From Candidatus Kaiserbacteria bacterium (lineage in GTDB: Bacteria; Patescibacteriota; Minisyncoccia; Phycocordibacterales; UBA2100): a DNA stretch of 64,000 nucleotides. Under the pieces are notes generated by a model. That model made no database searches. It saw only the letters and a list, made by a program, of their open reading frames with translations, and was not told the origin of the DNA. The stretch is from assembly GCA_016217965.1 (NCBI GenBank), contig JACRFI010000009.1, positions 3,144 to 67,143 on the forward strand, given 5' to 3'. This document shows positions 46,853 through 56,711 of this stretch, piece after piece. The translations under genes were made by a program, and so were the position numbers. Positions within the stretch are counted from its first letter, which is position 1; each line of letters opens with the position of its first letter.

Positions 46853-48670
46853 CTATTGGTTGATAGAATAGACTTTGAAAAAGTACGACGCGGGATCTGC
46901 AAGAAGTTTTGATGGCGCTCCAGTTTCTACTACACGCCCATCCTTGAGGACAATGAGCTCGTCAGAATCCATGATCGTGGAAAGGCGGTGCGCGATCGCA
47001 ATAATAGTAAGGTGACCTTTCAGCTCCTCGATAACTCGCTTGATGTGGGCTTCCGCTTCGTTGTCGAGCGCACTCGTCGCCTCGTCGAGTATGAGAAGCT
47101 TGGGTTTCCGCGCCAACGCCCTTGCGATAACAATACGTTGGCGTTCGCCGGCAGAGAGCTTTATGCCGCGCTCGCCGACCAGAGTTTCAAGGCCGTCTTT
47201 GCAGCGCGAGATAAAATCATCAATGTGCGCCAGGCGTGCTGCCTCCCAAATATCTTCATCTGACACCGACTCGTCGTAGAAACAGATATTGTTGCGGATC
47301 GTGTCCTGAATGAGGAACAACTCTTGCGATACGTACGCGATATGCCGGCGCCAATCGTCAAGCGCTATCGTGCGGCTATCAACGCCGTCGAGCGTCACGG
47401 CGCCACTCGTGGGTAGGAGGAGCCGCAAGATGAGATCCACTGTCGTCGTTTTTCCAGAGCCCGATGGCCCCACGATGCCTACCATGCTTCCTTTTTTGAT
47501 CTCGAAGGAGGTGTCTTTCAGAACTTCTCGTCCCGATTCGTACGAAAAAGTAACGTGTTCGAATGCAAGCGCTCTCTCGAAAGAGAAAGGTGCGTCCCCG
47601 CTCGAGGGCTCGGGTGATCGCTGGGCAGTTTGTTCGTACTCAATGATGCGCGAAAGATGTGGGGCCAGCTCGCTCATATACTGCAGGTTGTTCTGCATCT
47701 GCTGCACATAGGTGAAAATGCGATAAATGAGATAGAGGACTGCGGGAAGCGCTGCAAACGTGATGAACGGAGTCTTGAATGCGAGAGCGAGGATGAGCGC
47801 AATATAGATGACTCCGATAGGCGCAACTATCTGCGATGCAACTTGCTGGAACATCTGGATGCGGAGCGAGTGAGCACGTATTTCTTCGAACAATCCCTCC
47901 CCCTTTTGTATCGCGCTCGCTTCCGCGCCGTATGCCTTCACTGTCTTAAGCCCGCCGACATGCTCGGTGACATGGTGCAAGGTGTCGCGGAAAACAACGG
48001 TGCGCAGCGTGGACGCTCGGTGTACCCGGTCCATAAGAGGCCTCAGTGTTACAAACGTGAGAAGCCCGAGAACGATGGTCGAGAGCGTTACGACCGGCGA
48101 GATAGAGAACGCAACGATAAGGTACATGATGAGGCTCGTGACGAGGGTGATAGAGAATACTATCTTTGTGAGAAGCGCGGTCGCGGACGGCACATCTATC
48201 ATGAGCGCCGTCTCAAGGTTGCCAAGCTTCTGTTTGAGAAGGTATGGCCACGAGGCCGAGAGGACCATCCCGAATAATTTCGAACGTGTCGTCCGCTCAT
48301 ATTCCATAGTGATGACCGCTTGTATGTACGTGAGAAGCAGCATCACGGCAGACTTGCCAATGAATAGAATGACGATAAGTGCAAGCATGTACCGTGGCAC
48401 GAACGGGACATGTATGAATGCAAAGAAATCTTTCAAGAGGAGCGACAGCGAATCCGTCGCCGCATTTTGCATGCCAAGAGCCGAGCTGAGAAGTGGGATG
48501 ACGGCGTTGATGCCAATGCCCTCCAAAATACCGCTGAGGAACCCCAGAAGCGTTAGAACTACTATCTGCGTCCGATACGGCCTGTACGCCTTCATCGCGA
48601 GGCGAAGGATCGACAACATCTGCCGGTATATATGGGCTGGTTCCGCCTTCATTGGAGTAAACCCTAGCAC
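46853..48670 (-). CDS. ABC exporter, fused permease + ATPase (MsbA/lipid or glycan exporter type)
   Basis: 6-TM N-terminal domain, Walker A GPSGSGKTT, signature LSAGERQRIVIARAL, Walker B ILDEATSALD. Confidence 0.9.
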   Translation of the reverse strand: MLGFTPMKAEPAHIYRQMLSILRLAMKAYRPYRTQIVVLTLLGFLSGILEGIGINAVIPLLSSALGMQNAATDSLSLLLKDFFAFIHVPFVPRYMLALIVILFIGKSAVMLLLTYIQAVITMEYERTTRSKLFGMVLSASWPYLLKQKLGNLETALMIDVPSATALLTKIVFSITLVTSLIMYLIVAFSISPVVTLSTIVLGLLTFVTLRPLMDRVHRASTLRTVVFRDTLHHVTEHVGGLKTVKAYGAEASAIQKGEGLFEEIRAHSLRIQMFQQVASQIVAPIGVIYIALILALAFKTPFITFAALPAVLYLIYRIFTYVQQMQNNLQYMSELAPHLSRIIEYEQTAQRSPEPSSGDAPFSFERALAFEHVTFSYESGREVLKDTSFEIKKGSMVGIVGPSGSGKTTTVDLILRLLLPTSGAVTLDGVDSRTIALDDWRRHIAYVSQELFLIQDTIRNNICFYDESVSDEDIWEAARLAHIDDFISRCKDGLETLVGERGIKLSAGERQRIVIARALARKPKLLILDEATSALDNEAEAHIKRVIEELKGHLTIIAIAHRLSTIMDSDELIVLKDGRVVETGAPSKLLADPASYFFKVYSINQ

Positions 48671-48774
48671 ACTGAAGCACGTTCAAAAAACTTGAGAATT
48701 GCTAATACCTTATCTGGTTTTCCGCGAAATGATAGACTGCGAACGACCCCCATTGCGAACCCATACTTTGCACT

Positions 48775-49503
48775 ATGATCCAGCCAGGCACAGTAACGAC
48801 CATTGTGATGCTCCCGACCTTTGACGAGGCTGGAAACATCGAAAAGTTGCTCCGAGAAATTCTGAGCCTCAATGATTCCATTGGTACTGTAGTTGTGGAC
48901 GACAACTCGCCTGATGGCACGAGCAGTATTGTTGCGAAACTCGAAAAAGAATTTCCTCAGCAGATTACTCTCATCACCCGAACTTCGGAACGAGGCAGAG
49001 CAACAGCAGGCATCAGAGGCCACCTCGAGGCCATACGGCTGAAGCCCGCATTCATCACCGAGATGGATGCAGATTTTTCCCACGACCCGAGATACATTTC
49101 GACATTCTTAAAAGAAATACAAGATTGTGACGTTGTCCTAGGGTCACGTTTCGTTCCCGGAGGAAAAGATTCTGACCGAAGCCCATTTCGAACGCTCCTC
49201 AGCGTCCTATCCGGCATTGTGTTCCGAACAATACTCGGCCTCCAGGTTCGAGACATCGGAAGCGGATTCAAGCTGTACAAGCGCGAAGTCCTCGAATCCC
49301 TTCCGTGGAACGAATTTTTCTCCTATGGCATTGCGATCTCGATGGAGGAGTGTTTCCGGATCGTGAAAAAAGGCTATCGCGTCAAGGAAGTTCCAATTAT
49401 TTTCGTCGACCGCCGTGCCGGGTACTCAAAATTGAAATGGAAAGATTTCTTCGAACCTGTGTGGGTCAGCATCAAACTTGCCGCAACATTCGGCAGGGCC
49501 TAA
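48775..49503 (+). CDS. GT2 polyprenol-phosphate glycosyltransferase (DPM1/ArnC-like)
   Basis: VMLPTFDEAGNI, DDNSPDGT, EMDADFSH. Confidence 0.8.
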   Translation: MIQPGTVTTIVMLPTFDEAGNIEKLLREILSLNDSIGTVVVDDNSPDGTSSIVAKLEKEFPQQITLITRTSERGRATAGIRGHLEAIRLKPAFITEMDADFSHDPRYISTFLKEIQDCDVVLGSRFVPGGKDSDRSPFRTLLSVLSGIVFRTILGLQVRDIGSGFKLYKREVLESLPWNEFFSYGIAISMEECFRIVKKGYRVKEVPIIFVDRRAGYSKLKWKDFFEPVWVSIKLAATFGRA

Positions 49504-49513
49504 GCCTGACTCC

Positions 49514-49636
49514 GCCGCACAGACTATTTTGGCGGCAGCTCGCAGTAGCGACTGCACTTGGATTTTCTACGACGGAGTACCGTCAAGAAAATCTCGGCGG
49601 AGGAGTGGCTCATACCGCCAAAATAGTCTGTGCGGC
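49514..49636. repeat. 22-bp perfect inverted repeat (CCGCCGCACAGACTATTTTGGC / GCCAAAATAGTCTGTGCGGCGG) enclosing a 79-nt segment with its own nested hairpins; between convergent genes
   Basis: Arms at 49514-49535 and 49615-49636. Inner stems GATTTTCT/AGAAAATC and GACGG/CCGTC. Confidence 0.7.
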
Positions 49637-49640
49637 TCCG

Positions 49641-50750
49641 TCAAGCCAAAGATGCGAGTATCTTTTTTGCCCGCCCTTCCCATGAATATTGAAGGACTTT
49701 CTCGTAGGCACGTGCGGCTCGAGCGCCCGCACTTCGGTCAGAAAGCGCGGTTTCGATAGCGCGCGTGAGATCTGTGGGATCGTCGGCGCGAAAAAAGAAC
49801 GCTTCTTCATCAGAAAGAATTTCGCGCATGCTCGGCAGATCCGAGACAACTATCGGTATGCGCGATGCCATGTAGGTGAAGAGCTTGAGAGGAGACGTGT
49901 AACGCTTGGATATTTCCTCGCTGCCTGAATTGGGAAGAACAAGGACGTCTGCCGCAGCCTGGTTATCAGCTATCTCTCGATACGGCCTGAAGCCCACAAA
50001 CATGACCTGCGGATGGTGTTTCTTTAGGACGGAAATCTCTTCTGGCCCATTACCTATTGCAACAATTTGGACATCTCGGAGTAATTCTGCTGCTTTGAAG
50101 AGAGTATCTGTTCCCTTCCACGCATCTATGCGGCCAATGTACAACGCGATCTTTTTTCCCGGCGGGAGCTGAAGCCGTTCGCGAGCCGCATCTTTTTGCA
50201 CGACTCTCCGAAACATGGAAAGGTCGACGGCATCTGGCGCCACGATAATTTTGCCTGCATCAAGCCCGAGCGCAACGAGATCATCTTTAAGGCCATTGGT
50301 AATGGCAACAATGCGGGACGCACGCATGAGAGCTCTCACGAAAAGACGTTTCCACCCGTAGATGTGGTGCACTTCGATAATGAGCCTGTTCCTTCGCGGA
50401 GAAAATGCGAAGAGAAGCGGGAAATCGCGAAAGTAGAGCACGTCACCCTCCGATGCGATGCGGGCAAATTTTAGATTGAGAATGAACGCAAGCGTGTCGA
50501 GCCACATGATGAGCGTTGGAAACACCTCCGACCTGCTTCCAATGTCGGGAATCTTGAGAGTCCGTATAGTGAAATTCTTTTTTACGCCGTAGTACGCGAA
50601 TGGATCGGTATCTAAAAATATGCGCTTTTGTGGCACAACAAGCTGCACGTCGTGCCCAAGAGAGGCGAAAGCGCCGCACATGCTCATTATCTGGACGCCG
50701 TGCGCTTTCTCGGTGGGAATCCTAGCATTGGAAATGTATCGCACTCTCAT
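49641..50750 (-). CDS. GT4 glycosyltransferase
   Basis: GT-B fold and C-terminal E-x7-E region. Confidence 0.75.
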   Translation of the reverse strand: MRVRYISNARIPTEKAHGVQIMSMCGAFASLGHDVQLVVPQKRIFLDTDPFAYYGVKKNFTIRTLKIPDIGSRSEVFPTLIMWLDTLAFILNLKFARIASEGDVLYFRDFPLLFAFSPRRNRLIIEVHHIYGWKRLFVRALMRASRIVAITNGLKDDLVALGLDAGKIIVAPDAVDLSMFRRVVQKDAARERLQLPPGKKIALYIGRIDAWKGTDTLFKAAELLRDVQIVAIGNGPEEISVLKKHHPQVMFVGFRPYREIADNQAAADVLVLPNSGSEEISKRYTSPLKLFTYMASRIPIVVSDLPSMREILSDEEAFFFRADDPTDLTRAIETALSDRSAGARAARAYEKVLQYSWEGRAKKILASLA

Positions 50751-51886
50751 ACCCTATGTTCATTCCGAATGAGATGCAGCAGCGCCTCTGCACTTTTTCT
50801 CCATGAAAAATCACGAGCTCGAGCAAGCCCTTTTGCGGCAATGCGCTCGCGTAAGGCAAAATCATTGACGAGCTGTCTCATGCGGGATTGTATCGCATCG
50901 ACATCTAACGGATCAGTTAAAACTGCAGCACCGCCTGCTATCTCCGGCATACATGAGATGTTTGATGTGAGAACAGGCGTACCGCATTGCATAGCCTCCA
51001 CGATAGGAAGGCCGAACCCCTCGACAAGGGAAGGGAACACGAGCATCTCTGCACAATTATAGAGCGCTGGCATATCTTCGTTCGCAACATACTTCTCTAC
51101 GTGCACGCTGCCCTCCGGCGCCTGGCGAATTTTCTCTTCGACCTCTCTTGAGTAGTCCGCGGCATGCGCGCCACCTATGCATACGAGGGTGTGTGGCACG
51201 CCTTCCTTCCTTAACCCGATAAATGCCTCCACAATGCGCGTGTTATTTTTGTGCGGGTCGAACCTCGCAACTGAGAGAATATAGGGTGGGCGAATGCCGT
51301 ACGTTTTCAGGAGTCTCTCCCGTGCAACGATGCGCTCTTCTTCTGAATACCGCCGGTATGCTTTTTCGGCTGCATTATAAATCGTGTGCACTTTCGAAGG
51401 AGGAAGTGCGTAGTACGAAATGATCCATTTTTTGGCATCCTCTGATACGGCTATCGCGGAAGTGAAGAAATATTGCCCAACAAAGCGAAGGAAATACTCA
51501 AACGCAAGATTCACGAGCGATCGAGGTGAACGGTACACTTCGCTCCGGGACGCATCATGGATAAATACGACTTTCTTCTTTGCGCTCAGCATCCAAAAGA
51601 GCGGATAGACAACACGATTAAAAATTACGGCATCGTATGTCTCCCGATGCGTAAGGAAAAAAAATGCATAGGAGAGCAAGGTCGAGGCGAAACGCTTAAT
51701 GATGACCGTCCGAGCTTTCTCGCACAGGGGACTATTACATTTCCCTTCCGGCCGCAGCAATGAAAGGTCTACGTCATCCCGGATTGCGAGTTCTTCTGCG
51801 ATCTTTTGAATAACGAGCGCGGTCCCCTTCCCGCCACGAGCGAAATCATCGCCGAAAAATGCGATGCGAAGTTTACTGCTTTGCAT
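50747..51886 (-). CDS. GT4 glycosyltransferase
   Basis: FPSLVEGFGLPIVEAMQCGTPVL. Start set at the internal ATG 51886 (MQSSKLRIAFFG). Confidence 0.8.
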   Translation of the reverse strand: MQSSKLRIAFFGDDFARGGKGTALVIQKIAEELAIRDDVDLSLLRPEGKCNSPLCEKARTVIIKRFASTLLSYAFFFLTHRETYDAVIFNRVVYPLFWMLSAKKKVVFIHDASRSEVYRSPRSLVNLAFEYFLRFVGQYFFTSAIAVSEDAKKWIISYYALPPSKVHTIYNAAEKAYRRYSEEERIVARERLLKTYGIRPPYILSVARFDPHKNNTRIVEAFIGLRKEGVPHTLVCIGGAHAADYSREVEEKIRQAPEGSVHVEKYVANEDMPALYNCAEMLVFPSLVEGFGLPIVEAMQCGTPVLTSNISCMPEIAGGAAVLTDPLDVDAIQSRMRQLVNDFALRERIAAKGLARARDFSWRKSAEALLHLIRNEHRV

Positions 51887-53042
51887 GGGTGAAAATATCC
51901 TTGATGGCGTGAATGACATCCGAGACATCGTCGTCAGTAAGCTTTGCAGAAAATGGGATAGAAACGGTACGGTCACCGATCCATTCCGCATTCGGCAGAT
52001 CGCCTTCTTTGTGCCCAAGCAATTTCCGATAATACGGCTGCAAGTGAAGTGCGCGGAAATGAACACCCGTGCCGATGTTGCGCTTTGTCATTCCGTCCAG
52101 GAATTCGTCCCTCGTTATTCCAGCCTTCTTAGTGTCAATGATGACAGTGAAAAGATGGTACGCATGGCGCTCATGCTCCCGGATAGGAGCAGGGAGTATA
52201 AGCGGCAAACCGGCAAGCTCTCTCATGTAGCGCTGCCACAGTTCTTCTCGGCGTTCCCTGTGCACTTCGATCCGAGCAAGCTGGTGAAAGCCAAGAGATG
52301 CCTGCAGGTCAGTCATGTTGTACTTGTAACCGGCTTCGACGACATCGTAATGCTTGTACCCTTCTTCGCCGTACCTCTTCCACGCATCTGCACTAAGGCC
52401 ATGCAACGACAGTACGCGCATGTTCTGTGCATACGCATCGTTTTCCGTCGTCGCCATTCCACCCTCTGCTGTGACAAGATTCTTCGTCACATAAAAACTG
52501 AAGCACCCTATGTCTCCTATCGTGCCAGCCTTCCTCCCTTTATATTCGGTTTCTATCGCGTGGGCGGCGTCCTCAATGACTTTCAGATCATGTCTCTTTG
52601 CGATCTTCAGTATCTCATCCATCTCGCACGGCCGCCCTGCCATATGGACTACGACAATGGCTTTCGTCTTTTGCGTTATTCTCCGCTCAATATCTTCAGG
52701 CAAAATGTTCTGAGTCTCTCTGTCACAATCTGCAAAGACAGGGCGCGCACCGCAGTGCACAACAGTGTTGGCTGTCGCAGCAAAGGTCATCGAAGGCACG
52801 ATAATCTCATCTCCCTCACTCACGCCGATTGCCCGCAGGGCAAGATGCAGAGCGGCGGTACACGAAGAAAGCGCTATCGCATGTTTGGTTCCAGTATGGG
52901 CCTTGAACGCGTCCTCAAACTTGTGCGTTTTCGGCCCTGTGCCGATCCAACCGCTCTTCAGGGTAGCCACAACCTCATCGATCTCCGGCTGTTCGATGAG
53001 AGGGGACCCAAAGACGAGAAAATCCTTCCGCATTAGTGACAC
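51873..53042 (-). CDS. DegT/DnrJ/EryC1/StrS-family aminotransferase (ArnB/WecE-like)
   Basis: SSCTAALHLAL and ...FYVTKNLVTAEGG. Confidence 0.85.
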   Translation of the reverse strand: MSLMRKDFLVFGSPLIEQPEIDEVVATLKSGWIGTGPKTHKFEDAFKAHTGTKHAIALSSCTAALHLALRAIGVSEGDEIIVPSMTFAATANTVVHCGARPVFADCDRETQNILPEDIERRITQKTKAIVVVHMAGRPCEMDEILKIAKRHDLKVIEDAAHAIETEYKGRKAGTIGDIGCFSFYVTKNLVTAEGGMATTENDAYAQNMRVLSLHGLSADAWKRYGEEGYKHYDVVEAGYKYNMTDLQASLGFHQLARIEVHRERREELWQRYMRELAGLPLILPAPIREHERHAYHLFTVIIDTKKAGITRDEFLDGMTKRNIGTGVHFRALHLQPYYRKLLGHKEGDLPNAEWIGDRTVSIPFSAKLTDDDVSDVIHAIKDIFTHAKQ

Positions 53043-53075
53043 TATACATCGCCTCTAGATTTCGGCGAGCCGTGG

Positions 53076-54737
53076 CTATAGAGCATAAATGATTATCGTC
53101 GGGCCAAAGTAACGCTCATCAAAGAATTCAAGAAAAGAGTTCGTGAACGAACTGTCAGCAATGGACATCAAGACTCCCCTGCCCTCGAAACGTTGCAACT
53201 CTTTCGCGCCTTTAGTGAGACGGGAGAACGCCTCGGCAGTCGACGTTGCTTCAGTGGCGTATTCCGGAGCGAATATAAGATGCGTATATCCATTATTCTT
53301 TGCATACGCCGAAATATCGCGGATGAACACGCTGTCTTTCTTCATCGAAAACAGATAATTAAGAACGTGTGGCACGTCTTTGCGGTCGAGCACGACATCG
53401 GCGCCATCGACTTGCCTCACAACATTCGAATCGACAGCGCGAAGTTCCTCTACCGCATCCGCTGTCGTCGGCAATCTCATATGCGCGACATAGACAAGGA
53501 CTTTGTCAGAAGCGTCAAGATTCAGCAGCGCCCACTCGCGCGCCATGTCCCGCGTATCGCTCTCATATGCCAAGTATTCCACTCTGGCTGCGATTACAAG
53601 CGGGACGAGCAACAACAAAATGAGAGCAAAACGCGCCCAAGTATTCCACCAACGATCGACAACATAGCCGCCCGCGAGTGCATAGAATGGAACGAGGGCG
53701 AGCGCAAACCGCGGGTCGAACCGGAATACAATGTAAAAAACGGCAGTGTACGCGAGAAACCACCCAAATAGGAGAAATCCAATAGAGCGCCGCTCTTTCA
53801 GAAGAAGTGCAACGCCGATAAGAAAAAAGCCAATAAGAATTGGTTCCGAGTAAACGCTCATCGAGAGCATGGTCCACGGGCTTTCAAGAAATGCTGCAAG
53901 AGACTTGTCATTCAACAGAGTTATTGCACCAAAAAAAGCGTTGCCGTTCTTGTAGAGAAGAAATGGTATCGCCGCGAGCGCCACAAAAATGGCGCTACAC
54001 TGTGCGATGAGAGGAATATCCGTTACAACATCTCTCCACTTTTCCTTGTCGAAAATAACGTAGTAAAGCGCCATAAGCACCGCCGAGAGTATTGAGAGAG
54101 TCGAAAAACCCATGCCAATGCCAGCGATGAGCGACGCATAAAGATATCTCCTCTTTTTGGGAAGATCTCGCGATAGCGTGTAAAGCACTAACACAAATAC
54201 AAATGACGACGGCATCCAGTGCCTCCCGACCATAGAAAGCGCCTGATGTAGAATACTGGTCGCAACAAGATATGCGGAAACAAATGCCGCCACGGGAGAG
54301 TGGAACAGAGACTGCGCGACCCGATACACGAGATACACCATCAAGATCCCAAGGAGAATGTTGAGGCACCGTGCAGCAATAAAAAAAGGCGAGAGGTCCG
54401 TAAGAAGCGTTGCTTCAAAGAGCTCTCGCGAACCATCCCACGCAAGATACTTAACGCCGAGGATCAGGACAAACGGAATAAGGAGGACGTACGAGAGGTA
54501 CAAAGGGTACAAAAGGATGGACGAGAACGCCTCGGGTTGAAGTGCAGGAATAAGCGTCTGCGTCTCTATCATTTTGAGGGCGACGACGGTAAATGGAGGT
54601 TCATCGGAAACAAGAGTGAGCGGTAGGCCAAAACCGATACCAAAGATGCGGAGAAATAATGTAAGGAGGAGAACGGAGGCGAGCGCCCATTCGTTCCGCA
54701 CTATGTGTTTAATTCTTTCTTTGATCATACAGTTCAA
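53076..54737 (-). CDS. GT-C membrane glycosyltransferase of the ArnT/PMT (GT39/83-like) family
   Basis: 553 aa, about 12 TM helices. N-terminal ...LRIFGIGFGLP...DEPPF loop typical of ArnT/PMT_2. Confidence 0.6.
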   Translation of the reverse strand: MNCMIKERIKHIVRNEWALASVLLLTLFLRIFGIGFGLPLTLVSDEPPFTVVALKMIETQTLIPALQPEAFSSILLYPLYLSYVLLIPFVLILGVKYLAWDGSRELFEATLLTDLSPFFIAARCLNILLGILMVYLVYRVAQSLFHSPVAAFVSAYLVATSILHQALSMVGRHWMPSSFVFVLVLYTLSRDLPKKRRYLYASLIAGIGMGFSTLSILSAVLMALYYVIFDKEKWRDVVTDIPLIAQCSAIFVALAAIPFLLYKNGNAFFGAITLLNDKSLAAFLESPWTMLSMSVYSEPILIGFFLIGVALLLKERRSIGFLLFGWFLAYTAVFYIVFRFDPRFALALVPFYALAGGYVVDRWWNTWARFALILLLLVPLVIAARVEYLAYESDTRDMAREWALLNLDASDKVLVYVAHMRLPTTADAVEELRAVDSNVVRQVDGADVVLDRKDVPHVLNYLFSMKKDSVFIRDISAYAKNNGYTHLIFAPEYATEATSTAEAFSRLTKGAKELQRFEGRGVLMSIADSSFTNSFLEFFDERYFGPTIIIYAL

Positions 54738-55821
54738 GGATAAGCGCCTCGAATTCTTTCATATATTCTGGCATCGAGTATTTTTTAACTCTCTCGCGCG
54801 CCGCATTCCCCAACTGTTCACGGCGCGAAGCATCAGCAAGAAGCGCCGTTATGTGGCTCGCAAGCCCGTGCGGGTCGCGAGGCTCTGCAATGAGGCCTGT
54901 CACGCCGTGTCCAACAAACAAGGGGATGTCTCCCACATTCGTCGATACTATTGCACGCCCTTCCCTCATCGCTTCCATTATCGCAATGGGAAGATCAGTC
55001 GAAACGGCAGGATCAACGTAGACATCCGCAAGCGGCAACACATCCTGTATATCGAGCTGTCCAGGAAAAAGCACCCTATCCTCGATACGAAGGCGCGCCG
55101 CTTCCTCTCGCAACTCCTGTTGGAGAGGTCCCCATCCCACTACCAGAAACGTCGTGTGTGGATGCTGCTGTAGCACCTGCTGCGCAGCTTTCACAAGATA
55201 CGTGTGCCCTTTCTCTTCAACAAGGCGGCTCACCGTGAGAACGATGCGATCCGATCCTGGTATACCGAGCTCCCGCCGAAGTTCTGAGTTGGGGCGGCTC
55301 ACTTTCTCTTTCAGAAGTGGAGGGATATGGAGCGTGAGGAATTTCTCAATTGGAATTTTTTCCTGCCCCGCGGTAAAGTCGCGCGCAACATTAGAATCGA
55401 CGATGATGCGCGCAGTCTTCTTTGAAAGAAGCTTGTCCATGAATATCTGCCACTGACGTTTATTCGGGTATATATTGTGTTCGTAACTGATGATGCACGG
55501 GACACCAGCGAGAATGGCAGCGCCTCGAACCAGCAAATTCGCTGAGAAAAGATGTGTGACAACAACATCGAATCGCCCACGCCGCACATAGGAAACAAGG
55601 CGGAAAAACGCGACGATGTCCCACGTTCGGCGGAAGCGGAAACAGCGATCGATCCGCGCACTGCCCGCCAATGTCTCTTTCTGCTCATCGAAAAGCGTGA
55701 TAAAGAAAGGCTCGAAGCGCACCCGGTCCAGGGCTTCGAGCTGCCGGACGAGAAGTTTCTCCGCGCCGCCAACGCTGCATCGCGGTATCGCGAAGAGGAC
55801 CTTAACCCTCTTTGCTGTCAT
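54709..55821 (-). CDS. GT4 glycosyltransferase
   Basis: GT-B fold and EX7E motif. Confidence 0.75.
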   Translation of the reverse strand: MTAKRVKVLFAIPRCSVGGAEKLLVRQLEALDRVRFEPFFITLFDEQKETLAGSARIDRCFRFRRTWDIVAFFRLVSYVRRGRFDVVVTHLFSANLLVRGAAILAGVPCIISYEHNIYPNKRQWQIFMDKLLSKKTARIIVDSNVARDFTAGQEKIPIEKFLTLHIPPLLKEKVSRPNSELRRELGIPGSDRIVLTVSRLVEEKGHTYLVKAAQQVLQQHPHTTFLVVGWGPLQQELREEAARLRIEDRVLFPGQLDIQDVLPLADVYVDPAVSTDLPIAIMEAMREGRAIVSTNVGDIPLFVGHGVTGLIAEPRDPHGLASHITALLADASRREQLGNAARERVKKYSMPEYMKEFEALILELYDQRKN

Positions 55822-56690
55822 AGGTATGTTTCCTTTGCGATCTGTATCAAATACTCCCCATAGCCACTTTTTCGCAGTGGCTCGGCGAGCGAGTACAATT
55901 TCTCCCTCGAGATGTATCCCATGCGGTATGCCACTTCTTCAATGCTTCCGACAAGAAATCCTTGCCGCTTCTCGATGACCTGCACAAATTGCGCGGCCTC
56001 CATGAGGGCAGCAAATGTGCCGGTGTCGAGCCAGATCGTGCCGCGGTCAAGCTCTAAGACCTTCAACTTCCCCTGGCTCAGGTAGTGCTTATTTATATCC
56101 GTCACTTCGTATTCCCCACGGCCACCTCGTTTGAGGCTTTTTGCTATAGCAACCACAGAATTGTCGTAAAAATATAAGCCGGGAACAGCATATTTAGACC
56201 GAGGCAGTGCTGGTTTTTCCTCTATTGATATGGCCGTATTGTTTTTGTCGAATTCAATCACACCGTACGCAGATGGGTCTGACACATGGTGCGCAAAAAC
56301 GATGCCACCTTTTGGATCTTTGCATTTCTCGAACAACTTGCGGAGCCCCGAGCTAAAAAAGAAGTTGTCGCCTAAAATAAGTGCAACGTCATCCTCGCCA
56401 ACAAACTTCTCCCCGATGACAAACGCATGCGCCACTCCCTCTGGTTTCTCCTGGATCGCGTATGAGAATGAGCATCCCACCTGAGAACCATCTCCCAGGA
56501 GGCGTTCGAATGCTGGTGCATCTTCGGGCGTTGTGATCACCAAAATGTCCCTTATCCCAGCAAGCATCAATGTCGAGAGCGGATAGTAGACCATCGGCTT
56601 GTTGTAAAGAGGTATCAGCTGCTTACTCGCAGCCTTTGTGATTGGGTACAGACGCGTGCCAGAGCCACCCGCGAGTATGATGCCTTTCAT
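55818..56690 (-). CDS. rmlA: Glucose-1-phosphate thymidylyltransferase (RmlA)
   Basis: MKGIILAGGSGTRLYPIT, and the YGVIEFD region. Confidence 0.92.
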   Translation of the reverse strand: MKGIILAGGSGTRLYPITKAASKQLIPLYNKPMVYYPLSTLMLAGIRDILVITTPEDAPAFERLLGDGSQVGCSFSYAIQEKPEGVAHAFVIGEKFVGEDDVALILGDNFFFSSGLRKLFEKCKDPKGGIVFAHHVSDPSAYGVIEFDKNNTAISIEEKPALPRSKYAVPGLYFYDNSVVAIAKSLKRGGRGEYEVTDINKHYLSQGKLKVLELDRGTIWLDTGTFAALMEAAQFVQVIEKRQGFLVGSIEEVAYRMGYISREKLYSLAEPLRKSGYGEYLIQIAKETYL

Positions 56691-56711
56691 GGCACAATAG
56701 TATTCTTTTTT

